Assembly: GCA_965216635.1 (NCBI GenBank)
Contig: OZ244188.1
Location: 928,001-992,000, forward strand
Source of the DNA: a bacterium
Lineage (GTDB): Bacteria; SAR324; XYD2-FULL-50-16; G965216635
Length of the DNA: 64,000 bases
Direction of reading: 5' to 3'
Positions 1 to 11,412 of the stretch are shown here, piece by piece. The translations under genes and the position numbers were made by a program. Numbering within the stretch: the first letter of the stretch is position 1; each line of letters starts with the position of its first letter. The notes beneath the pieces are model-generated. The model made no database searches. It was given only the letters and a program-made list of their open reading frames with translations, and was not told the origin of the DNA.

Positions 1-846
1 TATTGAGAGTAGGGAAATTGGAATTCCAATCACAGTGATAGCGCTGACAAGAATGCTACCTACTAATACAGATAGTGATAAAAATCCGTAGCCTAAACTA
101 GCCCAGATGTTAGACATTCCTCGTTCATAAGAATTTATTATTTTTTTGCGGAAAAACATGGCAATAGCAAAAATTATTAGTGCTGTAAAAAATAGTTTGA
201 AAATTTTTGAAAGCCAAGGTCTTCCTCTATGTTCCTTAAATTCGTGATCTATTTCTTTCCAGCTTTTATAATTAATACGTTCAACAGAAATAACAGAATT
301 TGGAATATTAAAGTTTTCTTTGCTGTCGGTGTATAGAGTTAAGGAGCCTTGAATGCGGGCATCAGGAGAAAAATTTAATTCTTTCACTGCTAATGCCACA
401 CTACCAGAAATATTGCCTTTTATTTCTAGGTTGCTAGCAGCTACTAATAGGTCTCCGCCTATATTACCACTAATTTGAACATTATCACCAGCTACCCTTA
501 GATCGCTCCCAACAGGGCTTGAAACAAATATATTTTCCCCAGCCAGATTGGCATCGCCTAATATTGCTCCCCGCAAAGATATTATTTGCCCAGCCGCGTA
601 TAGATTTTGTCCAATACTGTTTTCAATAATTATATTTTTGGCGGCTAAATAAGCACTACCAGTAATACTATTATTGATAGAGATTGATTTAGCAGCAGCA
701 AATACATCATCAATGTCAGAACTTTTAACATTCACAGTATCTCCAGCCACATAGGTATCATTTCCTATTACCACTAATTTTTTCTCAGCATAAATGCTGT
801 TGGTTGTTAGCGCCAACACTAATAAAACAAATATTTTTTTTAACAT
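1..846 (-). CDS. Secreted/membrane protein with bactofilin-like (polymer-forming) beta-helix repeats and C-terminal TM helices; 3' end runs off the window
   Basis: Manual translation from the ATG at 846 gives MLKKIFVLLVLALTTNSIYAEKK (signal peptide), repeated motifs (GSAYLAAK, GDANLAGE, GSDLRVAG, GGDLLVAA), then hydrophobic helices. Not in the ORF track because it is truncated. Confidence 0.65.
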   Translation of the reverse strand, partial: MLKKIFVLLVLALTTNSIYAEKKLVVIGNDTYVAGDTVNVKSSDIDDVFAAAKSISINNSITGSAYLAAKNIIIENSIGQNLYAAGQIISLRGAILGDANLAGENIFVSSPVGSDLRVAGDNVQISGNIGGDLLVAASNLEIKGNISGSVALAVKELNFSPDARIQGSLTLYTDSKENFNIPNSVISVERINYKSWKEIDHEFKEHRGRPWLSKIFKLFFTALIIFAIAMFFRKKIINSYERGMSNIWASLGYGFLSLSVLVGSILVSAITVIGIPISLLSI

Positions 847-1011
847 AAGAATTTTCTAGTTAGTTGTTAAAGGGAAGTTTTTGAAATATAGCTTCCTCTT
901 ATAATTAGAGCATTGTAGCAGTAAAGCCAAAAAATCACAACTAATCAATGTTGAAACATCATAATTAGCCATTTCTTTAGCCAAAATAAAAAAATCTATG
1001 GTTTATAGTTC

Positions 1012-1551
1012 TTATCGCAAAATCCCGTCTCTTTTCTGTATTGCTAAAAATTCGTCCATAGGTTTATCTCCTTTTCTACGATTACAACTGCTACATAATA
1101 ATTGTAAATTTTCTATGTTATCTCTACCGCCTTTTGATTGTGGGTGTATATGGTCTATTTCAAAATTTCTGTAAGGAAACTGTAAATTACACCCTTTACA
1201 AACTCCTTCTTGATCTCCAAATAACCATTTTTTATCATCAATAGTAACTTTTTCTGTTTTCTGGTCTGTTCTTACTTGAATATAATTGTGTAATACTGGT
1301 TTTTCCTCTGCTATTAGTCCTAACCATTCTTTTTTTATGTCCTCTTTTTTAAAAATATCATCAAAAGCTGGGTTTTTATCAATACCGAGTTTTTTTTTAT
1401 TTTCCTCTCCTATAGGAGTAACAAATTTTTTGTTTTTATTGAAAGGTGGGTCTAGGTAAATAAGGTCAATGGAATTGCTATTTATTCCTCGCATTATTTC
1501 TAGGTTGTCGTTAGTAAATACAGTCCTATTTTTTATGTTTGCTTGTAGCAT
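1012..1551 (-). pseudogene. Internally deleted DNA methyltransferase-HNH endonuclease fusion
   Basis: N-terminal DNL...IDLIYLDPPFN motif IV is joined directly to CxxC..DHIHPQSKGG..NLQLLCSSCN (HNH). The SAM-binding FxGxG motif is absent. Confidence 0.65.
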
Positions 1552-1562
1552 TTTATTACTTT

Positions 1563-1745
1563 GAGACCTTTGAATTTGCCAAATAGGACAAAACTAGCTG
1601 TGACGGCTAGCCAAATGGTTAAAACAGGTGCAAAAAAAATTTTTAGCTCGCTGGAATACTGAAGAGCATTTCTTCACAAATGGCAAGAGTTAAAAAAATT
1701 TTTCAACGCTGCATAGACTAAACAGAATGCAAATTCAAAAGTCTA
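1563..1745. mobile_element. Palindromic MITE-like repeat, copy 1
   Basis: gagacctttgaatttg ... caaattcaaaagtcta termini; core shared with the other copies. Confidence 0.85.
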
Positions 1746-1814
1746 TTTGTTTTTTTATAAAACAATCTACTGCCCCTAAATTAATAGGAAAAACTTTTTT
1801 AAGCAACCTTTGAA

Positions 1815-3218
1815 TTATTGATTGACAATGTGAATAGCCTCTCCCAGTGCTGCTGCTGCTGCTTCCAAATGGGCTTCGCTGAAAGAGGGGTGCGCCTGTA
1901 TTGTCAAAGCTAAATCTTCTAAAGTGGCTCCCATTTCTACGGCTAAAACAGATTGTCCGATAAGTTCTGATGCTAGATTGGCTACGATTACCGCTCCGAT
2001 TACACGGTGGCTTTCTTTGCAGGCTATGTATTTTAGATAGCCTTGCGATTCGTTCACAGTGGCGCTTCTACCAAGTGCTGCTAAAGGAAATTTCCCAGTG
2101 ATTGTTTCGATGTTGTTTTGAGCCGCTGTTTCTTCGTCCATACCTACACTGGCAATTTCTGGCTTGGTATAGACTACATTAGGAATTACCTTTATATCTT
2201 GACGTGATACTTTTTTTCCTGCAATTATTTCTGCTACCCTTATAGCTTCCGCACTGGCTTTATGAGCGAGCATAGGCCCATCTACCAAATCTCCAATAGC
2301 ATAAATATTAGGGACTGTTGTTTGAAATTGGTCGTTGATTACAATTTTTCCTTTTTCGTTTTGAATACCCAATTTGTCTACATTGAGCATTTTAGTATTG
2401 GGTTTTCTACCAACAGCTAGAGCTAAAATTTCTGTGGTTAAAATATCTTTTTTGGTATCTTTTTCTATCTCTAAATGGACTTTATTGTTTTTTATTTCGC
2501 AACTCAGTGCCTTAGTCATAGTAAAAAATTTCACTCCTTGAGATTTCATTTTTTTTTCTACAATCGCACTAGCTTCTTTTTCAAAAGGTACTAAAATTCT
2601 TGTCTCCATTTCTACAATGCTCACTTCTGCACCCAAAGCTGCATAAATCCCTCCTAACTCGCAACCTATAATACCCCCGCCTAAAATAGCAATGGAGCTG
2701 GGTATTTTCTCTAAGGCGAGCAAATCGCTAGAATCCAGAATCATTTTGTGATCCAGAGGAAACTGCGGTAATTCTATTACTGATGAACCAGTCGCCAAAA
2801 TAATATTTTCAAATTGAATTTCTTCCTCTTTTTTATCTTCGGTTTTTACCTTCACTAAATTTTTATCCAACAACTCTCCTGTACCATAAAGTATTTTGAC
2901 TTGATTTTTTTTCAAAAGAAACTCTACCCCTTGAGTGATTTTATGCACTAGCTTGTCTTTCCATTCTATAGTTTTTTGCCAATCTATATTGGGAGACGTT
3001 ACAGAAATGCCAATTTTAGGAAATTCTTTACTGATTTTTTGGTATTCTGCAGCAGCGTGAATGAGTGCTTTGGAGGGAATACAGCCAACATTGAGACAAG
3101 TTCCACCCATACGGGATTTTTCTACAATGAGGCATTCTTGTTTGAGCTGTCCTAGTCTGATTGCCGCACAATAACCCGCAGGTCCACCTCCTAGCACTAA
3201 ATTTTTTATTTTCTGCAT
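1815..3218 (-). CDS. lpdA: Dihydrolipoyl dehydrogenase
   Basis: GGGPAG FAD motif, GGTCLNVGCIPSK redox disulfide, C-terminal HPSFSE. Confidence 0.95.
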   Translation of the reverse strand: MQKIKNLVLGGGPAGYCAAIRLGQLKQECLIVEKSRMGGTCLNVGCIPSKALIHAAAEYQKISKEFPKIGISVTSPNIDWQKTIEWKDKLVHKITQGVEFLLKKNQVKILYGTGELLDKNLVKVKTEDKKEEEIQFENIILATGSSVIELPQFPLDHKMILDSSDLLALEKIPSSIAILGGGIIGCELGGIYAALGAEVSIVEMETRILVPFEKEASAIVEKKMKSQGVKFFTMTKALSCEIKNNKVHLEIEKDTKKDILTTEILALAVGRKPNTKMLNVDKLGIQNEKGKIVINDQFQTTVPNIYAIGDLVDGPMLAHKASAEAIRVAEIIAGKKVSRQDIKVIPNVVYTKPEIASVGMDEETAAQNNIETITGKFPLAALGRSATVNESQGYLKYIACKESHRVIGAVIVANLASELIGQSVLAVEMGATLEDLALTIQAHPSFSEAHLEAAAAALGEAIHIVNQ

Positions 3219-3286
3219 CTTTTTAACTTTTTTTTAAAAGCATACTTCTTTCTACTCTTTCTGTCAATCCTATTTTAAGATTATTA

Positions 3287-3480
3287 TAGACCTTTGAATT
3301 TCGCTGATGCTTACCTACTATTGGGGCTAGCCAAATGGTTAGAACAGGTGCGAAAAATTTTTTTAGCTTGTAGGAATACTGAAGAGCATTTCTTCACAAC
3401 TGGCAATAGTTAAAAAAAATTTTCAACGCTGCATAGGCTAAACAGCTAGTTTTGTCCTATTTGGCAAATTCAAAATTCTA
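3287..3480. mobile_element. Palindromic MITE-like repeat, copy 2
   Basis: tagacctttgaattt ... aaattcaaaattcta termini; shared core. Confidence 0.85.
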
Positions 3481-3639
3481 TCAAATTAAGCTTTTTTTCA
3501 AAGATTTATCTAGTCGAAACGCTAAAATTCCCTATTTTTTAAAAAATTCTCTAATAAAGGTTTATTTTTTTTTAAAAAAAGACTATTTTAAAGTCGTGCT
3601 AGTAATTGCTAGCTAAATTTAATTAAAATACAATCAAAT

Positions 3640-4824
3640 ATGTTGAAAAGAAAATCACTTATTAGATCATTATTGGTTATTAGCTTATCTTTGTTTACTT
3701 GTTTGACAGCATTTGCTGAGACATTAAAGATAGGTTTTGTAGGAGTAACGAGCGGTCCAGCAGCTGCTTGGGGAGCTTCCAATGTTAGATCTATGCAAGT
3801 TCGTGCTGATTGGCTAAATGAAACTGGTGGAGTTACTATTGGAGGTAAGAAATACAAACTTCAAATTGTCACATTTGACGATCAAAAAGATCCCAAACGG
3901 GCTATTGCTGGTATGGAAAAAATGGCACAACAGGGGATTCATTATGTTGTAGGTCCGAATGTTGATGATGGTGCTGCGGCAGTTCGTCCTGTAGCAGAAA
4001 AGAATGGTATTGTTTATTTCCCTTATGCTTTTCCAAAAGCACTTTATCAAAAACCAGCATCTAATGCGGTATTGGGTATGGTGGCAAATTATCAATCCGC
4101 TCCAGCAATTTACAAGTATCTTAAAACAAAGAAAGGTGTAAAAACTATTGCGTTTATTGCTGCGAATGAATCGGATCCTTTAAGCCAAAGAGATGGTGGT
4201 GTAGCTACTGCGAAAGCCTTAGGATTGAAAATTCTATCCTCTAGGAATACATATCAGAACGACACAAGGGACTTTGTGCCTATAGTCTTGCCTGTTATTA
4301 AAAACAAACCAGATCTATTGGTGTTATCTGGTGTCGCTCCAGCAAATGCTCCTTTGTTAATTCGCGCTGCGCGTGAATTAGGTTTTAAAGGATATATTTC
4401 TACAGAAACAGCACAGGATTCTAAAATCTTGCAAGAAGGTGCAGGGAAACTTGCTAATGGCTTTATTTCTGTAGGGGGGGCTTCTACTCCTAAAATTCGT
4501 TCTTCAGTAATGAAAGAATTCATCAAACGCTATACTAAAAAATATGGCCAATACGATGATGAATCTAATACTAAAGTTTATGCTTTAGAATATATTCTAG
4601 AAACACTGAAAGCGAATCCTAAAGCAATTAATGATGTAGAGGAATTCAAAAAAACTATGAATACTTTGAATGCAAGAAATCCATTTGTGAAAAGTAAGAA
4701 GGCTAAGCTAACTTATGTGGGTTCAACTTCTTTTGGTCAAAAACGCCAAATCTCAGTTCCACTAGTCGTGAATGAATTCAAAAATGGTAAATTCCAAACA
4801 CTATTCGTTGCTTCTGTAGACTAA
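3640..4824 (+). CDS. Branched-chain amino acid-type (Liv/HAAT) ABC transporter substrate-binding protein
   Basis: Signal peptide; LKIGFVGVTSGPAAAWG start typical of periplasmic binding proteins; operon context. Confidence 0.88.
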   Translation: MLKRKSLIRSLLVISLSLFTCLTAFAETLKIGFVGVTSGPAAAWGASNVRSMQVRADWLNETGGVTIGGKKYKLQIVTFDDQKDPKRAIAGMEKMAQQGIHYVVGPNVDDGAAAVRPVAEKNGIVYFPYAFPKALYQKPASNAVLGMVANYQSAPAIYKYLKTKKGVKTIAFIAANESDPLSQRDGGVATAKALGLKILSSRNTYQNDTRDFVPIVLPVIKNKPDLLVLSGVAPANAPLLIRAARELGFKGYISTETAQDSKILQEGAGKLANGFISVGGASTPKIRSSVMKEFIKRYTKKYGQYDDESNTKVYALEYILETLKANPKAINDVEEFKKTMNTLNARNPFVKSKKAKLTYVGSTSFGQKRQISVPLVVNEFKNGKFQTLFVASVD

Positions 4825-4912
4825 TTCCAAAAGGAAATTAGTGTATAGGTGAGAACACTACCTAGTTTATGCTAGGTAGTGTTCTTGTTAACTTTTCTTC
4901 TACATTCAAGTA

Positions 4913-5791
4913 ATGGAACAGATTATTTTAAATGGATTAATACAAGGGTCTCAATATGCTTTATTGGCGGTTGGGCTAACTCTGATTTTCGGGTTGATGA
5001 ATGTATTGAATTTTGCTCACGGACAAATGTTTGTTTTGGGGGCTTTCGTTTGTTATGTTGTTTATGGTCAATGGGGGTTTCCTTTTTGGTTGGCTTTAAT
5101 ATGTTCGGCAATCACAGTGGGTATTGTAGGAGCAATTTTTGAACGGTTTTTTTTTCGCACTGTGCTGAAAAGATCGGTGAGAGCAGAAAGTTCTATGCTA
5201 CTGGCGGCGGGGACTGCTTTTTTATTAGATGCTATTATTTTATTAGTATTTAGTGATAAACAAAGAGGAGTTCCGAAAATTGTTGAAGGAATATATGTCA
5301 ATGAAATTTTAGATATTTACATAGCCTATGATCGGTTAGTGATAGGGCTATATGCAGTTATTTTAATTTTTGTTTTTATTGCTTTTATGCGTTGGACAAA
5401 ACCAGGTAGAGCTATGCGTGCTTTAGCACAAGACAAAATGGCGTCTCATTTGATGGGGGTTAATGTTGATTTTTACAGTATGGTGGGATTTGCGCTAGGA
5501 GCCGCTTTTGCTGGATTAGGTGGAGGTTTATTAGTAGCTTTAACGGGAGTAAATTCTGGAATCGGTACTGGTTTATCTATCAAAGCATTTTTAATGGTTA
5601 TGATAGGAGGTGCGGGTGTGATCCAAGGTGCTATTATAGGTGGTTTTATTTTAGGAATGTTAGAATCTGTAGGTTTATCTTTTCTCGCACAATACGGTTA
5701 TGGAGATTTCACTCACTTAATTATTTTTGTTTTGTTAATGATTTTTTTAAGCATTAGACCCCATGGTTTAATGGGTAAACCGTGGGGATAG
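4913..5791 (+). CDS. ABC transporter permease, LivH-like
   Basis: GLTLIFGLMNVLNFAHG motif; hydrophobic. Confidence 0.9.
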   Translation: MEQIILNGLIQGSQYALLAVGLTLIFGLMNVLNFAHGQMFVLGAFVCYVVYGQWGFPFWLALICSAITVGIVGAIFERFFFRTVLKRSVRAESSMLLAAGTAFLLDAIILLVFSDKQRGVPKIVEGIYVNEILDIYIAYDRLVIGLYAVILIFVFIAFMRWTKPGRAMRALAQDKMASHLMGVNVDFYSMVGFALGAAFAGLGGGLLVALTGVNSGIGTGLSIKAFLMVMIGGAGVIQGAIIGGFILGMLESVGLSFLAQYGYGDFTHLIIFVLLMIFLSIRPHGLMGKPWG

Positions 5792-5795
5792 GGGT

Positions 5796-6761
5796 ATGAA
5801 TAAAAAATTATTATACTTATTCATAGGTCTCTTTATTATTTTAATTGTAATACCAGTTATTTTAACTCTATTAAACCGCAACGATTGGTTTTATGCGATA
5901 ACTTCTGTTGCTCTATTAAGTATTGCTAGCGCTGGTGTTTGGTTAACTTTTTATATTGGCCGCATCAATATCGGTCAAGGAGCATTTTGTCTTTTAGGAG
6001 GATATGTTACTGCAATTTTAGTAACTAAATATGGTCTGAATTTTTGGTTCACTATCCCAATATCTGGTCTCGTTTGTGTTGTCTTTAGTATATTTGTAGG
6101 ATTACCGATATTGCGTCTAAAAGGAGTTTATTTTGCTATGATTACTTTAGTATTAACTGAGGTAATGCGTTTGTTTACTCTTGTAGTGCCTATTACTAAT
6201 GGAGCCAGAGGGATTATTAGTATCCCTTTACCACAAAAGCTGTCTATATTCGGAATAACAGTCATTCCTGATTTTTCCACTATTGAACATATAAAGGTCG
6301 CATTTTACTATCTTGCTACAATCATAATGATAATTACTTTTTTTGGAGTTTATCGTTTGGTGCATTCAAGACTAGGGCATTTATGTCGTTCTCTACAGCA
6401 AAACGAAGAACTTGCTTCTTCTATTGGAGTAAATGTTGCTTATTTACGAATCATTATTTACGCCATATCATCTTTTTTAGGAAGTATTACAGGCTCTGTC
6501 TTTGTAGTTCTTACTCAATCTATTTATCCATCTAGTTTTGCAATAACAGATTCTGTAAATTTTATACTTTACTGTTTTTTAGGAGGATTAGGAAGTGTGT
6601 TAGGTCCTATAGTAGGTACTTTTGTATTGTATTTTGGTTGGGACTTGTTATTTAAAATTGGCAAATGGCAGTTATTAGTTTATTCATCTATTCTAGTTTT
6701 ATTAATGGTCTTTTTACCGAATGGATTGATGAGTATAAAATTCAAAAGAAATAACCAATGA
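5796..6761 (+). CDS. ABC transporter permease, LivM-like
   Basis: LRLKGVYFAMITL motif; hydrophobic. Confidence 0.9.
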   Translation: MNKKLLYLFIGLFIILIVIPVILTLLNRNDWFYAITSVALLSIASAGVWLTFYIGRINIGQGAFCLLGGYVTAILVTKYGLNFWFTIPISGLVCVVFSIFVGLPILRLKGVYFAMITLVLTEVMRLFTLVVPITNGARGIISIPLPQKLSIFGITVIPDFSTIEHIKVAFYYLATIIMIITFFGVYRLVHSRLGHLCRSLQQNEELASSIGVNVAYLRIIIYAISSFLGSITGSVFVVLTQSIYPSSFAITDSVNFILYCFLGGLGSVLGPIVGTFVLYFGWDLLFKIGKWQLLVYSSILVLLMVFLPNGLMSIKFKRNNQ

Positions 6762-7537
6762 ACCCTATACTTGTAGTAGATAAAGTCACAAAAAAATTTA
6801 GTGGTTTGACTGCTGTCAATCAAGTGAGTTTTTCTGTAAATGAAGGACAAATTCTTTCTATTATTGGACCTAATGGAGCTGGCAAATCTACTCTATTTAA
6901 ACTAATCTCTTCTTTCTTAAAGCCTACTTCTGGGGTAATTACTTTGGAAGGGAAAACTGTATCTGGATTACAACCCCATAAAGTCGCTAAAATGGGAATA
7001 ATAAGAACATTCCAAGAAACTACGATTTTTAGTTCTATGACTGTTCGTGATAATGTTATTATTTCACACCATCTACAATCTAAGGCTAGCCTGTTGGGGT
7101 TTTTTTTGAATAGCAAAACAGCCAAAGTAGATAATGAAAAATTTGGAAAATCTGCAGATAAAATTTTATCCTTTTTAGGATTGTCTCATATTAGTAATCA
7201 GCTAGCTAGTGGTCTACCTCATGGATATTTACAAGCGCTGGGGATTGCGATAGGTTTGGCTGTCAATCCTAAAATTTTATTACTAGACGAACCTTTTACA
7301 GGTATGAATCAAGATGAAACTATGAAAGCAGTGGAAATGATACGCCAAATTAGAAAAAGCGGGGTTACCATTTTATTAGTAGAACACGATATGCATGCAG
7401 TAATGAATATTTCAGAACACATTATAGTTATTAATTTTGGGCAAAAAATTGCGGAAGGAACGCCTAAAGAAATTCAAAACAATCCCAAAGTAATTGAGGC
7501 TTATCTTGGAGTTAAAGATGACGAAATAGGTTTATAA
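6758..7537 (+). CDS. ABC transporter ATP-binding protein, LivG-like
   Basis: GPNGAGKST Walker A, LLLDEP, EHDM, EAYLG. Confidence 0.92.
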   Translation: MNPILVVDKVTKKFSGLTAVNQVSFSVNEGQILSIIGPNGAGKSTLFKLISSFLKPTSGVITLEGKTVSGLQPHKVAKMGIIRTFQETTIFSSMTVRDNVIISHHLQSKASLLGFFLNSKTAKVDNEKFGKSADKILSFLGLSHISNQLASGLPHGYLQALGIAIGLAVNPKILLLDEPFTGMNQDETMKAVEMIRQIRKSGVTILLVEHDMHAVMNISEHIIVINFGQKIAEGTPKEIQNNPKVIEAYLGVKDDEIGL

Positions 7538-8265
7538 TGAAACATTTACTAGATTTTTCAAAAGTTGATTTATACTACAATCAAGTGCACGCTGTGCGTC
7601 AAGTATCTCTTCACATTGATGAAGGAGAAACGGTTGCCTTAATTGGCGCAAATGGAGCGGGTAAATCATCTGTGTTGCGTGCAATCACTGGGATTGAAAG
7701 AATACGATCGGGTGATATCAGCTACAACAATGTTTCTATTATTAGAGATAAGCCTTGTGATTTAGTCTCTAAAGGTATTGTAATGGTACCAGAAGGGAGG
7801 AGAATTTTTCCCTATATGAGTGTTAAAGACAATCTACTCATGGGGGCTTTTAGTCGCAAGGATAAGCAGGGCGTTAAAGACGATTTAGAAAAAATTTTAA
7901 ATAAATTCCCAATATTGCGGGAACGGTACGGACAGCAAGCTAGCACTATGAGTGGAGGCGAACAACAAATGATGGTAATCGGAAGAGCTTTAATGTCAAG
8001 ACCAAAATTATTGCTTATGGACGAACCTTCTTTAGGTATAGCTCCAAAATTAGTTCAAGATATTGCACGATCCATTATTGCTATTAACAAAGAAGACGAC
8101 GTATCTGTTATTTTAGTAGAGCAAAATTCACAACTAGCTTTAAAAATATCCCATAGAACTTATGTGATGGTGACAGGCAAGATAGCAATGAAAGGTAAAT
8201 CTTCCGATTTATTAAACGATGATCGCATTCGCAAAATCTACCTCGGTGGAAGTTTAGAAACATAA
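7537..8265 (+). CDS. ABC transporter ATP-binding protein, LivF-like
   Basis: GANGAGKS, MSGGEQQM, LMDEPSLG, VEQN. Confidence 0.92.
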   Translation: MKHLLDFSKVDLYYNQVHAVRQVSLHIDEGETVALIGANGAGKSSVLRAITGIERIRSGDISYNNVSIIRDKPCDLVSKGIVMVPEGRRIFPYMSVKDNLLMGAFSRKDKQGVKDDLEKILNKFPILRERYGQQASTMSGGEQQMMVIGRALMSRPKLLLMDEPSLGIAPKLVQDIARSIIAINKEDDVSVILVEQNSQLALKISHRTYVMVTGKIAMKGKSSDLLNDDRIRKIYLGGSLET

Positions 8266-8283
8266 TACTTACCAAATAAGAAT

Positions 8284-8982
8284 ATGAAAATTGCAATCAT
8301 CAATCCGAATTCTACTTCTGCGATGACAGAAAAATGTCGGCTTGTAGCAGAAAAATATAAACAAACTAATACTGAAATTTTTGCTAGCAACCCTCAAGAT
8401 TCTCCCGCATCTATAGAAGGACACTTTGATAAAGTTATGAGTCTTCCTTGCCTTATTAATGAAGTGGAAAAGGCTAAACAATGGGGTGCGGATGGCTATT
8501 TGATTGCTTGCTTTGATGATCCTGGATTAGCAGCAATCCGAGAATTAGTTATAGGACCTGTAATAGGTATTTGCGAAGCAGCTATGCATGCAGCATCCAT
8601 TGTCGCCTATTCTTTTTCTGTAATTACAACTCTACCGCGTTCTGTTCCTATTATAGAAGAATTAGCCTATCGCTATGGTATGAATAAATTCGTTAAAAAA
8701 ATAAGATCTGCTAACATTCCAGTATTAGCATTAGAAGATCCAAATTCAGGAGCCAGAAAAATGGTGAAGGCAGAAATTCTAAAAGCTATTCAAGAAGATC
8801 AATGCGAAGCAATCATCTTAGGTTGTGCAGGCATGGCTGATTTGGCTTTAGCCTTGAGTGAAGAATGTAAAATTCCTGTTATTGACGGTGTTTTAGTTGG
8901 ATTCAAACTTTGCGAAGCTTTAGTGGGTGCTAATATAAAAACTAGTAAAATTAATGCTTATAGTTTTCCTAGAAAAAAATAA
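8284..8982 (+). CDS. Hydantoin/allantoin racemase (Asp/Glu racemase family)
   Basis: IINPNS..MT, ACFDDPG and LGCAGM catalytic cysteine motifs. Confidence 0.9.
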   Translation: MKIAIINPNSTSAMTEKCRLVAEKYKQTNTEIFASNPQDSPASIEGHFDKVMSLPCLINEVEKAKQWGADGYLIACFDDPGLAAIRELVIGPVIGICEAAMHAASIVAYSFSVITTLPRSVPIIEELAYRYGMNKFVKKIRSANIPVLALEDPNSGARKMVKAEILKAIQEDQCEAIILGCAGMADLALALSEECKIPVIDGVLVGFKLCEALVGANIKTSKINAYSFPRKK

Positions 8983-9021
8983 TTTCTGCTCTTGAGCCTT
9001 AAGAAAAAACTTGGGCAAAAA

Positions 9022-11379
9022 TTAGAGTTCTACATGTGTTTCGGTTTGTTGGTAACACTCCACTGTATCGCCTGCTTTAAAGTTTTTATAGCCTTGAATA
9101 TTTAAACCGCATTCGTTGCCTTCCTCTACTACTTTGGCATCGTTTTTAAAGTGTTTTAGGGATGTGAGTTTGTTTTGGTGAATGACTACATTATCACGAA
9201 TAATTTTTAATATAGAATCTTTGATAATTTTTCCGCTCTCTACTTGACAACCTGCAATTTGCCCTACTTTTTTTACATAAAATGTTTCCAATACTTTGGC
9301 TTGACCCTGTAGAGTTTCTTCAACAATGGGGGTCAGCATTCCAGAAAGCATTGCTCTGACACTATCTAGTAATTCGTAAATCACATCAAAGGTTTGGATA
9401 AGAACTTTTTCGCTATCGGCTAACTTTTTAGCTACATTTTCTGCTCGGACATTGAAACCTACAATAGTAGCTTTTGTAGTAACAGCTAGGTTGACATCAG
9501 ATAGATTGATAGCTCCCACTCCTACAAGGATAATTTTTGTTTGCACTTGCTCGTTTTTTATTTTTTCTATTAAATGCCGAACTGCTTCAATAGAGCCATG
9601 CACATCTACTTTTAGTAACAAAATCAATTCTTTAACTCCTGTTTGGTTTTGGAAAAAATCTTCTTCGCTAGCTACAGTTTTTTTCATTATTCTTTGCTGT
9701 TCTTCAAAAATGATTTTTTCAGCTACTGTTTTTGCCAATTTTTCATCTATTACCTGAAAAGAAGTGCCAGCAGGAGCAATCTGGGATAGGCCCATCATTT
9801 CTACGGGTAGAGAAGGAGTGACTAGTTTTAGTTTTTGGTCGTTTTCATCGTTTAGGGTTCGGACTTTACCGTGATACTTGCCGACTAAAATATAATCTCC
9901 TATTTTTAAAGTACCACTTTGAACTAATAGGGAGACGAGGTTGCCTTTGTTTTTATCTACTTTAGATTCTATAACTACACCCTTGGCTGGGGAGTCAAAA
10001 TTTGTTTTTAGATTCATATTACTGGCGTGAAGCACAATTAATTCTAGTAACTCATTAATTCCTTCTTTGGTTTGGGAAGAAACAGGCAACATAGTTATTT
10101 TTCCTCCATATTCTTCAGCAATTAAATTATATTGCATCAAATCTTCCATAATTTTTTTAGGATTAAATTCGGGCTTGTCGCATTTCGTAATGGCTACGAT
10201 GATGGCAACTTTCGCAGCTTGAGCGTGTTGAATTGCTTCTATAGTTTGAGGTTTAATACCATCGTCTACAGCAACCACTAAAATTACTATATCAGTTATA
10301 TTAGAACCTCTAGCACGCATTGCACTAAAAGCTTCGTGCCCCGGTGTATCTAAAAAGGTAATATTACTGCCTGTTACTTCTACATTGTAAGCCCCTATGT
10401 GCTGAGTGATATTTCCTTTTTCCTTGACGGCTATATTGGAATTGCGAATACAATCTAAAAGCGAAGTTTTTCCGTGATCTACATGCCCCATAATGGTCAC
10501 CACAGGAGGACGGGTTTGTAAATTTTCTGTGCTACTTTTTTGTGTAAGTAAATCGGTTATAGATTTAGTTTTTTTAAGGACTAACTCTATTCCTAGCTCT
10601 TCGGCGATAAGTTGAGCAGCTTCTGGTTCTATTAAAGAATCTTTATCTTCCTTTTGATTGAGTTGTTTTAAAATTTTAGAAATATTTTTCACTTTTTTAC
10701 CTATAACACTGGCTAATTGCACAGCAGTTAAAGAGGAAGTAATAGTAATTTCTTTTTTACGCGGGTTGAAAATATGTTTTTCTTTTTTCTTTTGTTTGAA
10801 TTTCTTTTTTTTAAAAGAAGGAACGAAAGCAGGTTTTTTGCTAGGACTATCTTTAGTTTCTGTAAGTGTTTCTGTTTCGTCTTTTTCTGGGATGCTTTCT
10901 AATTCGGATTCTTCTGCGATAATATCTAAATAATTTGCCTTATTGGAGAATTCGTCTTTTCCTAGTCTGTCTTTTTTTTGTTTATCTTTTTTTATAGGGA
11001 TAGCATCGTCTTCAAAATTTTCTTCTTTAGTTGCAGTTTTCTTGTTTAAAAAATGAGGCGTTGAAGGAGTGGTTTTTTGAGGAGGTTTTTCTGTAGTTGT
11101 TTTTTTATCGGGTTCTTTAAATTCAGGTTGTTCTAAGTCTGGAGAAACTTCTTTTGGCTTTATGGGTTTTGGGGGGTTTTTATCGGCTTTTTTTCGTAAT
11201 GTGGCTTTTGGGGGAGTATTTTTGCGGTATTCTCGGACAGCCACCTCCATAGTCATCTCTTCAGATAAATTAATAGTAGTAGCGGAGGAAAGATTTTCCT
11301 TTCTTAAGACTTTTTCTGCCAGTTTGATTAGCTCTGGAATCTTAATATGAAGTTTTTTAGCTAATTCTTGAATATCCAT
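9022..11379 (-). CDS. infB: Translation initiation factor IF-2
   Basis: [35 protein letters not shown]. Confidence 0.97.
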   Translation of the reverse strand: MDIQELAKKLHIKIPELIKLAEKVLRKENLSSATTINLSEEMTMEVAVREYRKNTPPKATLRKKADKNPPKPIKPKEVSPDLEQPEFKEPDKKTTTEKPPQKTTPSTPHFLNKKTATKEENFEDDAIPIKKDKQKKDRLGKDEFSNKANYLDIIAEESELESIPEKDETETLTETKDSPSKKPAFVPSFKKKKFKQKKKEKHIFNPRKKEITITSSLTAVQLASVIGKKVKNISKILKQLNQKEDKDSLIEPEAAQLIAEELGIELVLKKTKSITDLLTQKSSTENLQTRPPVVTIMGHVDHGKTSLLDCIRNSNIAVKEKGNITQHIGAYNVEVTGSNITFLDTPGHEAFSAMRARGSNITDIVILVVAVDDGIKPQTIEAIQHAQAAKVAIIVAITKCDKPEFNPKKIMEDLMQYNLIAEEYGGKITMLPVSSQTKEGINELLELIVLHASNMNLKTNFDSPAKGVVIESKVDKNKGNLVSLLVQSGTLKIGDYILVGKYHGKVRTLNDENDQKLKLVTPSLPVEMMGLSQIAPAGTSFQVIDEKLAKTVAEKIIFEEQQRIMKKTVASEEDFFQNQTGVKELILLLKVDVHGSIEAVRHLIEKIKNEQVQTKIILVGVGAINLSDVNLAVTTKATIVGFNVRAENVAKKLADSEKVLIQTFDVIYELLDSVRAMLSGMLTPIVEETLQGQAKVLETFYVKKVGQIAGCQVESGKIIKDSILKIIRDNVVIHQNKLTSLKHFKNDAKVVEEGNECGLNIQGYKNFKAGDTVECYQQTETHVEL

Positions 11380-11412
11380 TATTTGCTTTAAAAAATGTGA
11401 GATTACGGTTTA

